From Thermotogota bacterium ADurb.Bin062 (lineage in GTDB: Bacteria > Thermotogota > Thermotogae > MWEM01), in assembly GCA_002071085.1 (NCBI GenBank), contig MWEM01000010.1, positions 2,047 through 66,046 on the forward strand: a stretch of 64,000 bases of DNA, in the 5' to 3' direction. Each line of letters starts with the position of its first letter. The first letter of the stretch is position 1. Below are positions 10,291 to 19,946 of the stretch, in pieces. Position numbers and translations under genes: made by a program. The notes beneath the pieces were generated by a model. That model made no database searches, was not told the origin of the DNA, and saw nothing but the letters and a program-made list of their open reading frames with translations.

Positions 10291-12504
10291 TCATTCGCTC
10301 AGGAGAAGGGCAACCACGCGGATATAGGGGTTGTCTTTCTCGAGCTTCATCGTGTTTACGAGCCAATGTTGAAATTCATTGAATATCTCATCAATCCGAC
10401 GCTTTTCTATCTCGTAGCGCTGGGCGTTCCTTCCGTCAGATCTGTCGTAACTCTGAAGCAGGTCGTCGTGTTTCTTTCGCAGCTCTTTAAGCTTCGCGAT
10501 TTCTTCATCGAGTTTCGGGGTCATCGTCTCTTCGAACTCCTCTTGCTCCGCTTTCATTTTTTCCTTTGCCAGGCCAATCGCCGTCGGCAGTAACTTAGCG
10601 GCCCAATCCGAAACTTCTGCGTTCCTCGAGGCCTGGTTCGGAAGCGCGCCTTTGAATACGTCTGAACGGAGAAAATCCTCCGGGGACAAAAACTCGGCGG
10701 GGTTATCTTCAACGAAGCGGATGACGAACCATCGGTCGATAACCGGCTCGGACTGTCGATTCGGAATCAACCCGGAGATGATGAAGACGGCGGTCCGCTT
10801 CTCCGCAAAGGGGACGAAAAGTACCGGCGCCTCCTGCCTTCCGAAAAACAGCCCCGCTTTATCGTTCATCCAATCGATGATGGGGTGAAGCGGCCAGAGG
10901 TAGTGCGAGCGCGGCCACGTGTCTTGCGCCTTCTGTCGGCTTTCTTTGATCTCACGCATCAGCGCTTTCTTGTCCGTCGTCAGGCGCAACCAGTCGTCGC
11001 TCGGAAACGCCTCCTCGGGTATCTGCGGCTCCAGCGACCGCTTCATCGATTCGGACATCCGGATTTCCATCACGTCGACTCGTGGGGCTTCCAGAGGTAT
11101 GGTTTCCCTGTTAGAGATCGTTTCCAAGAGGGTTTTCAGATAACTCGTTTCGTCAAACAGGGTCACGGGATCGGCCTTTTCGACGTTCGTCGCCTTCGCG
11201 GCTTCGTCGGGAAGGTTCCAACCCGCGTTCATCATCGCCAAAAACGGGTTTTCGGGAGCCGATAGCAGGCGCTCGAAAGCATTCACGCTGAGGCTCTTTT
11301 CGAAAACGCGGGCTACCGTCCGTTCTTCCTCTTCCACATCGTACCGCCCCAAGAGGGAGGCGGGGTCGCCGATATTCTTTTCCGCCTGCTCTTCCTTATC
11401 GATGAGTATTTCCAGGATGCGCATATCCCCGCGAATGCGCTCGTTTTTCGCTTTGGTCACCAGATAGCGGATGTCCGGCGTTTTTTCTTGGCCGTACCGG
11501 TCGATCCGGCCGTTCCGCTGTTGGAACACCATCAGTGACCACGGGATGTCGAAATGGATCAGGCGATGGCATAGAAAATGGAGGTTGATGCCTTCGGACG
11601 CCACGTCGGAGGCGATGAGGAGACGAACGGGGGAGTCGGTCGCGCCGAACTCATCGACCGCCTGCTGTTGGTCCACATCGCTCATACCGCCGTAAAGACA
11701 GGAGAGTTGGCCATCGCTCAGCCGGAGGTCCTCTTTCAGGCGTTTGGCCAAAAACCTCATCGTCTCGATTCGTTCCGTGAAGATGACGAGGCGGTCGTCC
11801 GGGCGCTCGCGATTCCAACCGTATTCGGGGCTTTGGAGCAGGCGGACCAGAAGGCGGTATCGTGAAAAATGCTCGGGTGTGATTTTTTTCAAATGGTCGA
11901 TGAGGGTCTCTAGAGCGCGGATATCGGAGGCGCTCTCGGACCGCCCCTCTTTTTTCAGTCTATTGATGCGCGCCTGCGCCGTTTTTTCGCAGGCGACCGG
12001 TGAGGAGAAGAGGGACTTTTCCAGCAGCGTTTTAAACAGCATGGTCTCCCCGCGAGCGGGGTCGATCCAGGTGAGATTGAGAGTCTCGAAAAAGTCGTAG
12101 AACGCTTCTTCTAACGGGGACGCCTCGCACGTTTCCCGACTGATCACACGTTCCTTGAAATGGGCGGAAACCTGGTTCTGCACATCCTTTTTGAATCTGC
12201 GGAAGACCATCCCTTGGATGTCCTCGCGCCGGTAGTCCTCCTCGTTGGCGATGGCGGTCGGCTCCAACATATTCATCAAGGAGGCGAAACTCTGCGGGCG
12301 GCCATCGTGAGGAGTCGCCGACAGGAGGATGAGCGTGTCCGAGCGTTTGGAGAGCAATTCGGCGAGGCGGGACCGTTGCGCTTGCGTTTTGCCACGTCGC
12401 GCGACGTTGTGCGCTTCGTCGATCACGATGATGTCCCACCGGGTTTTTTCGAGCAGCGTTCGGTACTCGCGGTCCATCTTCAGGGTGTCGATCGAAATGA
12501 TCAC
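10291..12504 (-). CDS. SNF2-family helicase (DrmD-like), C-terminal fragment (motifs II-VI). The gene is interrupted by a frameshift.
   Basis: DEAH box WDIIVIDEAHNV, LLSATPHDG, HELICc-type region ...LIASDVASEGINLH...QRNGRIDRYGQ. The frame stays open and SNF2-like (IQRIRANIPTNHNPFYYFDKVIISIDTL) upstream of the annotated GTG, as far as the T5 tract at 12615-12619. Confidence 0.75.
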   Translation of the reverse strand: MIISIDTLKMDREYRTLLEKTRWDIIVIDEAHNVARRGKTQAQRSRLAELLSKRSDTLILLSATPHDGRPQSFASLMNMLEPTAIANEEDYRREDIQGMVFRRFKKDVQNQVSAHFKERVISRETCEASPLEEAFYDFFETLNLTWIDPARGETMLFKTLLEKSLFSSPVACEKTAQARINRLKKEGRSESASDIRALETLIDHLKKITPEHFSRYRLLVRLLQSPEYGWNRERPDDRLVIFTERIETMRFLAKRLKEDLRLSDGQLSCLYGGMSDVDQQQAVDEFGATDSPVRLLIASDVASEGINLHFLCHRLIHFDIPWSLMVFQQRNGRIDRYGQEKTPDIRYLVTKAKNERIRGDMRILEILIDKEEQAEKNIGDPASLLGRYDVEEEERTVARVFEKSLSVNAFERLLSAPENPFLAMMNAGWNLPDEAAKATNVEKADPVTLFDETSYLKTLLETISNRETIPLEAPRVDVMEIRMSESMKRSLEPQIPEEAFPSDDWLRLTTDKKALMREIKESRQKAQDTWPRSHYLWPLHPIIDWMNDKAGLFFGRQEAPVLFVPFAEKRTAVFIISGLIPNRQSEPVIDRWFVIRFVEDNPAEFLSPEDFLRSDVFKGALPNQASRNAEVSDWAAKLLPTAIGLAKEKMKAEQEEFEETMTPKLDEEIAKLKELRKKHDDLLQSYDRSDGRNAQRYEIEKRRIDEIFNEFQHWLVNTMKLEKDNPYIRVVALLLSE

Positions 12505-13118
12505 CTTATCGAAATAGTAAAATGGGTTATGGTTCGTCGGAATGTTGGCGCGAATACGTTGGATCCCTCGGGAGTCCAGCCGTTTGAGCGGAATGGTGAA
12601 CCGGTCCAGAGTTCTTTTTGGAGCTGGAGCATCATACTTTTCAGCGCGACGACGAGGATACGTTTCCCTTTACCGCGCGCGATCAGCTCGCTCATCAACA
12701 CGCCGGCTTCGAGCGTTTTCCCGAGGCCGACACCGTCTGCCAGCAGAATGCGTTGACGGGGCCGGGCTAAGGCGCGCTGGGCGGGCTCCAGTTGGAAATC
12801 GATCACATTCATCGCCGCTTTGTGCCCGATGCGCAAGACGTTTCCCGGCGGGGTTCGTCGACGCAGGAGGCTCTCGATGTAGAGCCGCGACTTCCTAAAC
12901 ATCGGCGACCGGTCGACAACGAACTGGGTATCAGCCGGATCGATCACGCGTATCTCCTCGAGATCGGACAGGAACGCGGCCTCCTGCCCACGCACAAAAT
13001 CGGAAACGCCCGTCACGCTTAAAATGTATTTCCTATCCGCGTTGTAATCGGCCCGCCGAACTACCCACTCCTCACCGCGTACCTGTATCCGCATACCGGG
13101 CGCGTATATCTGTGTCAT
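12501..13118 (-). CDS. SNF2-family helicase (DrmD-like), N-terminal fragment (motifs I-Ia). Reading is lost after ...LQLQKELWT at an A5/T5 homopolymer.
   Basis: Walker A LADGVGLGKTLEAG, motif Ia ILVVALKSMMLQLQKELW. Adding one base in the T5 run (12615-12619, plus strand) joins this frame to the downstream fragment and gives a continuous SNF2 protein. Confidence 0.7.
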   Translation of the reverse strand: MTQIYAPGMRIQVRGEEWVVRRADYNADRKYILSVTGVSDFVRGQEAAFLSDLEEIRVIDPADTQFVVDRSPMFRKSRLYIESLLRRRTPPGNVLRIGHKAAMNVIDFQLEPAQRALARPRQRILLADGVGLGKTLEAGVLMSELIARGKGKRILVVALKSMMLQLQKELWTGSPFRSNGWTPEGSNVFAPTFRRTITHFTISIR

Positions 13119-13170
13119 TTTGTGCCCCCCGTTTGGTTTTATTGGATGGACCTATCGAGCGTGGAACCGG

Positions 13171-15186
13171 CTATACCTTCCAGAAAGAGAAGAGCATGAA
13201 CACGATCAACGCCACCCATTGGCTCGCGAATACCATCAATTGAAAGAAGTAGGTGCGATCCATCTTTTCTTTGACGCGCTTCTCAAGGGCAGTTAGGCGG
13301 TCATCGAAGGCCTGTTGTTTCTCGGCCGTTTTCTTTTCCAGTTCATCGAGCGCGGTCAGAGCGCTCTCGAACGCGGCGGTTTTTTCGGTCAGGGTTGCGA
13401 TCGACTCGCTGTAATGGCCTTTCAGCAGCTTAGGTAGGGCTTCAACGGTTTTCTGCGTTAAAACCGCGAGGTTTCGGGAATCCTGGAGAGAGGCGTGGAC
13501 ATTTTCATCCATCTCTCTCAGGGCATCCAAAGTCTCCCGATTTCCTTCGCCAAACGACGCAATGAGGTTGCCAAGCTTGCGGTCAACCGTTGACACGAAT
13601 GCGGGATCCAGCCGTGATAAACCGGTTTTCTCATCAACGAGCGAGCGCAGGCGTGCGCCCAAGTCGCCGGTCGAATCGGCGAGGCGCTTCACCAAGTCAG
13701 AAAACTCGGCGTGCTCCGCGCGGTCGTGCTCCCGTTGATTTGCGGCCTCTTCGGCTAATTGCCGTATCGCGGTTTGAATTCCACCGCTCTCAGTATTGAT
13801 TTTGCTTGTGTTTTCGAGCAGTTCGGTGTATGTCGAGCTGATCAAATCGGCGAGTTCTTTCGTTAAGCTGGACAGCCCGGCGATTTCCGCGCGGCCGCGC
13901 TCCCGTTGATTTGTGGCATCTTCGGCTAACTGCCGTATCGCGGTTTGAATTCCACCGCTCTCTTCATAGATTTTACGCGTGTTTTCCAACAGTTCGAGCT
14001 GCGCTACGCCTGCCGATTCGGCAAGATCTTTCACCAGGCCGGACAACTCAGTGAGTTTTGCCAAGTCGTGCTCCCGTTGACTCGCGGTCTCCTCAGCTGC
14101 TTGCCGTATCGCGAGTTGAATTTCACCGCTCTCTTCGCTGATTTTGCTTGTTTTTTCGAGCGACTCGGTTTGTCTTGAGCTGGTCGATGCGGCAAGTTCC
14201 TTAACCAATCCGGCTAACTCGGCTACTTCTGTTCGATTCTGTTCCCATTGACTCGCGACCTCTTCGGATACTTTCCGTATCGCGGTTCGTATCACACCGC
14301 TTTCTTCATTGATTCTTCTTGAGTTTTCAAGCAATTCAGTGTGTGTGGAACTGATCAAATCCGCGAGTTCCTTCGCCAAGTCGGATAGCTCGGCGAGATT
14401 CGCGCAGCTGTGTTCTCGCTGTTTCGCGGCTTCCTCGGTTGCTTCGCGAATAGCGGTATGAAGCTTCTCGCTTTCCGTATTGCCCCTTCGGGCATTCTCG
14501 AGCATTTCCGCTTGCGTGGCGCCAAATGATTCCGCGAAGCCCTTCACCAAGCCGGACAGCCCGGCGATTTCCGCGCGATCGTGTTCACGTTGATAAGCGG
14601 CGCCTTCGGCTAACTGCCGTATCGCGGTTTGAATTCCACCGCTCTCTTCATAGATTTTACGCGTGTTTTCCAACAGTTCGAGCTGCGCTACGCCTGCCGA
14701 TTCGGCGAGATCTTTCACCAAGCCGGACAACTCAGCGAGTTTTGCCAAGTCGTGTTCCCGTTGATCAGTGGCCTCCTCAGCCGCTTGCCGTATCGCGGTT
14801 TGAATTCCACCGCTCTCTTCACTGATTTTGCGCGAGTTTTCAAGCAATTCAGTGTGTGTGGAACTGATCAAATCCGCGAGTTCCTTTGCCAAGTCGGCAA
14901 GCTCGGCGATATTCGCGCAGCTGCGCTCGCGCTGTTCGGCTGCGCCTTCGGTTGCTTTTTGTAACGCAGCGTGAAGTTCGCCACTTTCCGTATGGATTCT
15001 GCGCGTGTTTTCCAATAGTTCGGCGTACTTGGCGTTGAGCTCTCGGACGGACAGCGTGAACTCGTTCAAAACGGCAACGAGCTCGTTATCCGCGTTTCCC
15101 AGCGAAAAACCCTCCTCTAGCCTTCTTTCTTCGTTTCCATCGATATCATTCATTCGCGCCCTCCTTCGAGCATTTCTTCTATCCAT
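13171..15186 (-). CDS. Tail-anchored coiled-coil protein built of ~45-aa tandem repeats with a C-terminal transmembrane helix. The start is probably the ATG at 15153.
   Basis: Repetitive low-complexity sequence (...LAELSGLVKDLAESAGVAQLELLENTRKIYEESGGIQTAIRQLAE... repeated more than 6 times). C-terminal hydrophobic FFQLMVFASQWVALIVFMLFSFWKV. RBS GAAGGAGGG lies 5 nt before the ATG at 15153 and inside the 3' end of the upstream helicase gene. Confidence 0.7.
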   Translation of the reverse strand: MDRRNARRRARMNDIDGNEERRLEEGFSLGNADNELVAVLNEFTLSVRELNAKYAELLENTRRIHTESGELHAALQKATEGAAEQRERSCANIAELADLAKELADLISSTHTELLENSRKISEESGGIQTAIRQAAEEATDQREHDLAKLAELSGLVKDLAESAGVAQLELLENTRKIYEESGGIQTAIRQLAEGAAYQREHDRAEIAGLSGLVKGFAESFGATQAEMLENARRGNTESEKLHTAIREATEEAAKQREHSCANLAELSDLAKELADLISSTHTELLENSRRINEESGVIRTAIRKVSEEVASQWEQNRTEVAELAGLVKELAASTSSRQTESLEKTSKISEESGEIQLAIRQAAEETASQREHDLAKLTELSGLVKDLAESAGVAQLELLENTRKIYEESGGIQTAIRQLAEDATNQRERGRAEIAGLSSLTKELADLISSTYTELLENTSKINTESGGIQTAIRQLAEEAANQREHDRAEHAEFSDLVKRLADSTGDLGARLRSLVDEKTGLSRLDPAFVSTVDRKLGNLIASFGEGNRETLDALREMDENVHASLQDSRNLAVLTQKTVEALPKLLKGHYSESIATLTEKTAAFESALTALDELEKKTAEKQQAFDDRLTALEKRVKEKMDRTYFFQLMVFASQWVALIVFMLFSFWKV
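13748..14960. repeat. Intragenic tandem direct repeats (~135-bp unit with a 684-bp higher-order period) inside the coiled-coil gene. 13920-14032 and 14604-14716 are 100% identical over 113 bp.
   Basis: Direct comparison of the sequence lines. ttcggctaactgccgtatcgcggtttgaattccaccgctctcttcatagattttacgcgtgttttccaacagttcgagctgcgctacgcctgccgattcggc occurs twice. The sub-motif ctgccgtatcgcggtttgaattccaccgctctc recurs about 6 times. Confidence 0.9.
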
Positions 15187-18100
15187 TCTACCGCATATTT
15201 CCTCTTTAGTATCTCATGATACCTTTGGTTGGTGTAGTTACGCAAACAGCCGTAACAAGAGGAATCCCCCTCTTCGCCCCCACATAGGCAACCCTTTAAA
15301 AAGGACTCGGTAAGCTTGAGGATTCCCTCGAACGCTCCATCTTCCATACACCAGCGTATGTGACCGGCGCCCCCCGCGACGTTGTCGAACAGAAGCAAAT
15401 TCGGATACGACCTGCCCTCCACGGGAAAGACGATTCCATCGAGGTCGTTCCGGTCTATGTCCAGGAACAGGCTAACCCCCTCTAAAAGCGCGTAGAGGAT
15501 AGAAAGCCAGTATTCTTTCTCATCGTTTGTCCGTTTATTTTCCGGAGGGGTGATCTCCAATATTTCCGTTTTAAACTGGTAGCCGAGCGCTTTTCTACGG
15601 GCGATCTTTCCTGGGCACCTCTTGCCTTGAGGGTTATTGTGCTCTCTTTCCAGCGTCTTTTTGGCGTCGGAGTAACCGCAAGCCAAACAAACGTTGAACC
15701 CCCGCGGGCCGCCGGGATTGATGGTCACCAAATTGCCCAACATCGTTTTCAGGTGAACCGGATACCTCAGCAGGAGGGTTTTTTCTTCGATGGTGTACTC
15801 TTCTTTCCCGAGCAGGCAGCGCGTTTGAGAGAGCTGTGTCTTCTTTATCACACCCGCTTTCTCGGGCTGTCCGGAGATGAACCCAAACTCGGGGAAAAGG
15901 TAATCGCCAACGTTTAACTGACTGCCGCAAATCTTGCACGTCTTGGTTGTCGAGCGCTCCTTGATCGACACCTTCGAAAACCCGCATTTTCGGCAGAAGG
16001 CATAACTCTCCTCGATCAACGCCTTGTCGGGCACTTTCTTGATATACTGCGTCGACCACTTCTGCTTGTTCGCGTAGACGGGATTGTCCGGCGCATATTC
16101 CCAAAGGGCGGTTTTCATATCCCGCGAGAGCTCCAAGTCGTCCATCTTTTCGTCGAAGGGCGCCATCAATTCTATGACGTCGACCGGAAACCCGTAGCGA
16201 GGTAGAATCCCTTTTCCGGCCAGGTATTGCATGAGATTACGGCCTAAAAGGGTTTGCACCTTTCTATGGAGCGTGTCCGCTTTTCTGAAGGTTCTCTTTT
16301 TGGTCGCCGCATCGATCAAGTCCGTCAAGACCCGTATGTCTTCTTTCAATTCTTTGCCGATGTGGTAGAGAGAAGCGTGCGTAACCGGAGAATCGGAAAA
16401 CAGGAGGTACGCCCAGGGCAAAAATTGTTTTTGGCGCAGCTCGTGTTCGGTAGCAGGAATGGTCTCTCGTATCGTTTTGTCCAGCTCCTCTTGATGCGTC
16501 GCGACGAAGTGTTCGAAGCGCGCGACCCCTTCGAGGTCATCGTCCGTTTCCGGAAAAAAGAAGGCCTTCACGTCTTTGAAATGGTTCGGATACTGACGCC
16601 AATACTCGGCCAATGCGATCGCGGCCATATGACGATAGCGTATTTTCTCGTTTTCCAGCACAAAGGAAGGCGGGGCAATCTCGCCTTTAATCATTTTTTC
16701 CGGGTCGCTAAAGAAGTAACGGTCGTGAGGCCTTCGTAACGCGTAGGTGAGAATGAAAGCCGGATTGGAGGTTCTCCTGCCGGCCCGCCCTGCCCTTTGC
16801 AGGTAGTTCGACGCGGTTGGGGGCACGTTTTTGAGAAAGATCGTGTCCAAATCCCCGACGTCCACGCCTAACTCGAAGGTCGTCGAGCAGCTGAGGATCT
16901 GTATTTTTTTATGATAGAAGTCTTCTTGAAACTCCCGCGCTTTTTCATATTTAAGCTGGGCTGTGTGCTCTTCCACTCGAAGCGGGGAGAGCTCGAGCGT
17001 GCGGTACAAGTCTCGGTAGTGGTTAGGGCCTAACGCCGAAAAGTTCGTCTCCCTCACCGTCCCTTGACATCCATAAGAAGGACAGACCCCCCGTACCGCA
17101 AAAAAGAAAAGTTCTTTACACCGATCACATTGGTAAAGTTTCATATCCGGAGTCAGGAGCGGCGAAAGGATTTCCAGGGCGTCTATCTTCAATCGCTTCC
17201 CGCTTTGGTTGCGCTTTGTAAAAGAGGTTTCGAAACAGTCCCTCCAATCCGGATGGTCGAATTCTTTCCAAATCCATTGAAGTAACTCCGGGACCTCCTC
17301 CTTTCTCGCTTTTGGAAATAGGCGGCGTAAATAATCGGAGCGCGCGTTTTCGAAACGATAGGGGACCCAACTTTTCACGCCTGCTTGGGTTTGCGCCGAC
17401 AGCGTCATCAACGTTTTCAAATTCCTCGGCGCGAAAAACTCGTGTTCGGGTTCTATGTCCGGTAAGTAGGTCAAAGCGCCGCACTTTCTGAAACTGGAAA
17501 GTAAGAGTTGATACAGGCTGTGGGCCTCTTCCGGAGTCAAATTCCAAGGCGCGTTCAGGAGCGGGCTTCGCTTTTCGAGAGACTCGTAGAGTCCTTTGGA
17601 AAGAGGGACCTTGAAGCCCAGGAGCCCGGCGCCTTCGAGACCCGTGCGCCGATCGTAACTCATCGCTTCGTATTGTGTCCATAGGTAAGCGGTCGTCTCT
17701 ATTGTCTGCTTATCCATTTGGTAGTCTTCCGGGAGGCGTTTTTTGGCGAATTCCGCCAGGTTTTTGACGATCCAATCGTTCTCGATGGCCTTTTCTCGAT
17801 AGGTTTCGAGCGTGTTCACCAAAATGCGCCTCCAGAAGATCCTGTCATAACTCTCTTGAAGGTACGGCGCGAAGTACGCCGCGCCTTGGCGACTGTCCGA
17901 AAAGACGATAAAGCCGTTTTGCCGCTTCCTTTCTTCGGGAGACAGGCCGCTATACAGGTTCTGAAAGAGGGCCGTGGCGATAACGCTTCCCGAGGCGTCC
18001 GCCCCGTCTAAAAACCGCCAAAGAACGGGGGTTAGACTTGATTGCGCGCCGCAATTCAAGCACTTGTTCACGCGTCCTTCCTTCGATTTTGCCTTTTTTG

Positions 18101-19946
18101 CGGAAAGAAGAGCCACCCCGCAGTCGCAGGCGTTCCCGATCAAGTTTTCTTGAGAGACCTTCCCACATCGGGGACAGATTTGGAAAAGGTTGCGAGTATC
18201 CCGTTCTTCGGATGCCCCATCTTCTTCATCCTCATTTTCGGCAACCGCTCTGTCGGGTTCTATGAGGAGATACCAGTCGAGAAATTCGTCCCCTTCGGTT
18301 TGATCGTATTCGGTTTGTCTCAAAATCCCCGTGTCCTTGTCAACGGTCCCTGTCAAATAGACCGCCCCGCAGTTTTTACAGGACCCGATCTCGAAAAACA
18401 ACCGCTCTGTGGAAGAGTCGTCCATCTTCTCTATGGTTTTCCGTTCGAGTTGGAGGGTTTTATCCGGGTAGAAAGAGACGAAAGCGCCTTCCAAGGCCTT
18501 GAGAAATAGATGGTACTTCATAGAGGACAAGGAGGTTTGCGGAAAGAGGTGGCACACGAGGTTTATCAGTAGGACCAAATGGAAGGACAGTACTTCACGT
18601 TGCGCGTCTTTTGGAAAGAGGATTTCCGTTAGTTTGGAAAACTCACAAGGTCCGCTTTCCAATATTCGATTGACCTCTTTCACCTTCTCGTCGTTTTCGA
18701 CAATCCTCAGAAACGTGTCCGAGAGGTCGAAAGGCGCATTCGGTCCTTCCGCCCTTTTCAATGTCGGCGATCCGTCGGGATTGTGAGCGCGGTTTCCGAT
18801 GGTCTCCCCTATCCACCGGCTCAATTTCTCAGTCACCAAGGAGTTGGCTTCTCCTTTAAAATAGGCGATCAGATCGGTATAGAACTCCGGTGGGATAGTG
18901 ATTGGCCCGGCTTTGACTTGGAGCTCCCTCGGCGTGTAGGGCAATTTTTCGCCGACGATGATATCCTGACGCTCCGGATCGTTTTTGTCCCATTCGACGC
19001 GAGTGTGAAAAAGGTTTTGTGCGAATTGCGCGAGCTTCGAACACGCGTCCGGGGAATAGCCGAGAGAGGCGCTCGTGCCGAAGTATTGCAGGGCTTGGCC
19101 TTGCGCGCTTCGCCCGATACGGTGAGCGAGACGCCGCAGCAGCAACGCGGTTTCGATCCCTTTCGCGCCGCCGTAGGTGTGCACTTCGTCCAATATGAGG
19201 AACTTCCAAAAACGCGCGTGTTCTCCGTCGAAGAAAACGCAATCGTCCGGTCTCAGGAGCAGGTATTCGAGCATCGCGTAGTTGGTGATTAACAGGTGCG
19301 GCGGCGAGCCACGCATCCGAGCTCTACTGATGAGCTCGTTGGGTAAGGGGTCGTGCGCGAAAAGCCTCACGAATCGGCTCAGCGCGCTCTTTTCCTCTTG
19401 TTCGGTTTCCCCGGTATAGATGCCGAAGGTCACTTCCGGTATCCTTTTCAGAATACTGCGCAAACGAAGTAATTGATCGTTTGCCAGCGCGTTCATCGGA
19501 TACAGTAAAAGGGCTCTGACTCCGGGCGTCAACTTGGATTCTTCGATCTGCCTGAAAAGGTAATTCAAAACCGGGATCAGGAAGGATTCCGTTTTCCCGC
19601 TTCCCGTACCGGCGGAGACGATGAAGCTTTTTTTCTGCACAACCGCCTTTCTCACCGCCATTTCTTGATGCGCGTATAACGGTCGATCGGAAGGCAGCGT
19701 TTCTTGGTCGATCCTAAGGAAGATCTCGGAGAGGATTCCCTCCCGCACGAGCTCCCCGATCGATTTCCCAGTTCTATAGCGGGACAAACGTTCGATGTAG
19801 GGCCCTTTGCATAGCGCGTTTTCTTTTTCGATTTCTTCTTGGAATTTACCGTGTAGTTCCGGGTCGGAGAGGTGGAAGGTCGTCAGGAGATAACTACGGT
19901 ACTTTTCCAAGACGTCTTCGGTCATTCTTATCGGATTAATCGGCAC
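15150..19946 (-). CDS. DEAD/DEAH-box helicase fused to a C-terminal DUF1998 domain (DruE / DrmA-DrmB / YprA-MrfA family), 1598 aa.
   Basis: LYAHQEMAV, Walker A SAGTGSGKTESF, LLLYPMNALANDQ, DEVH box LILDEVHTY, GTSASL, motif VI LQRAGRAGRR (~16770-16800). DUF1998 signature VCLACGYS...CPGK...LLLFDNVAGGAGHI...CLCGG...CYGCL (15170-15800). GTG start with GGAGG 7 nt upstream. The gene overlaps the upstream gene by 11 nt. Confidence 0.85.
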   Translation of the reverse strand: MPINPIRMTEDVLEKYRSYLLTTFHLSDPELHGKFQEEIEKENALCKGPYIERLSRYRTGKSIGELVREGILSEIFLRIDQETLPSDRPLYAHQEMAVRKAVVQKKSFIVSAGTGSGKTESFLIPVLNYLFRQIEESKLTPGVRALLLYPMNALANDQLLRLRSILKRIPEVTFGIYTGETEQEEKSALSRFVRLFAHDPLPNELISRARMRGSPPHLLITNYAMLEYLLLRPDDCVFFDGEHARFWKFLILDEVHTYGGAKGIETALLLRRLAHRIGRSAQGQALQYFGTSASLGYSPDACSKLAQFAQNLFHTRVEWDKNDPERQDIIVGEKLPYTPRELQVKAGPITIPPEFYTDLIAYFKGEANSLVTEKLSRWIGETIGNRAHNPDGSPTLKRAEGPNAPFDLSDTFLRIVENDEKVKEVNRILESGPCEFSKLTEILFPKDAQREVLSFHLVLLINLVCHLFPQTSLSSMKYHLFLKALEGAFVSFYPDKTLQLERKTIEKMDDSSTERLFFEIGSCKNCGAVYLTGTVDKDTGILRQTEYDQTEGDEFLDWYLLIEPDRAVAENEDEEDGASEERDTRNLFQICPRCGKVSQENLIGNACDCGVALLSAKKAKSKEGRVNKCLNCGAQSSLTPVLWRFLDGADASGSVIATALFQNLYSGLSPEERKRQNGFIVFSDSRQGAAYFAPYLQESYDRIFWRRILVNTLETYREKAIENDWIVKNLAEFAKKRLPEDYQMDKQTIETTAYLWTQYEAMSYDRRTGLEGAGLLGFKVPLSKGLYESLEKRSPLLNAPWNLTPEEAHSLYQLLLSSFRKCGALTYLPDIEPEHEFFAPRNLKTLMTLSAQTQAGVKSWVPYRFENARSDYLRRLFPKARKEEVPELLQWIWKEFDHPDWRDCFETSFTKRNQSGKRLKIDALEILSPLLTPDMKLYQCDRCKELFFFAVRGVCPSYGCQGTVRETNFSALGPNHYRDLYRTLELSPLRVEEHTAQLKYEKAREFQEDFYHKKIQILSCSTTFELGVDVGDLDTIFLKNVPPTASNYLQRAGRAGRRTSNPAFILTYALRRPHDRYFFSDPEKMIKGEIAPPSFVLENEKIRYRHMAAIALAEYWRQYPNHFKDVKAFFFPETDDDLEGVARFEHFVATHQEELDKTIRETIPATEHELRQKQFLPWAYLLFSDSPVTHASLYHIGKELKEDIRVLTDLIDAATKKRTFRKADTLHRKVQTLLGRNLMQYLAGKGILPRYGFPVDVIELMAPFDEKMDDLELSRDMKTALWEYAPDNPVYANKQKWSTQYIKKVPDKALIEESYAFCRKCGFSKVSIKERSTTKTCKICGSQLNVGDYLFPEFGFISGQPEKAGVIKKTQLSQTRCLLGKEEYTIEEKTLLLRYPVHLKTMLGNLVTINPGGPRGFNVCLACGYSDAKKTLEREHNNPQGKRCPGKIARRKALGYQFKTEILEITPPENKRTNDEKEYWLSILYALLEGVSLFLDIDRNDLDGIVFPVEGRSYPNLLLFDNVAGGAGHIRWCMEDGAFEGILKLTESFLKGCLCGGEEGDSSCYGCLRNYTNQRYHEILKRKYAVEWIEEMLEGGRE

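Noticed and set aside
13590-14964. Plus-strand ORFs 13590-13799, 13945-14178, 14526-14825 and 14629-14964 that repeat each other
   Set aside because: They are antisense shadows of the tandem repeats in the coiled-coil gene, so the repetition is inherited from the minus-strand gene.
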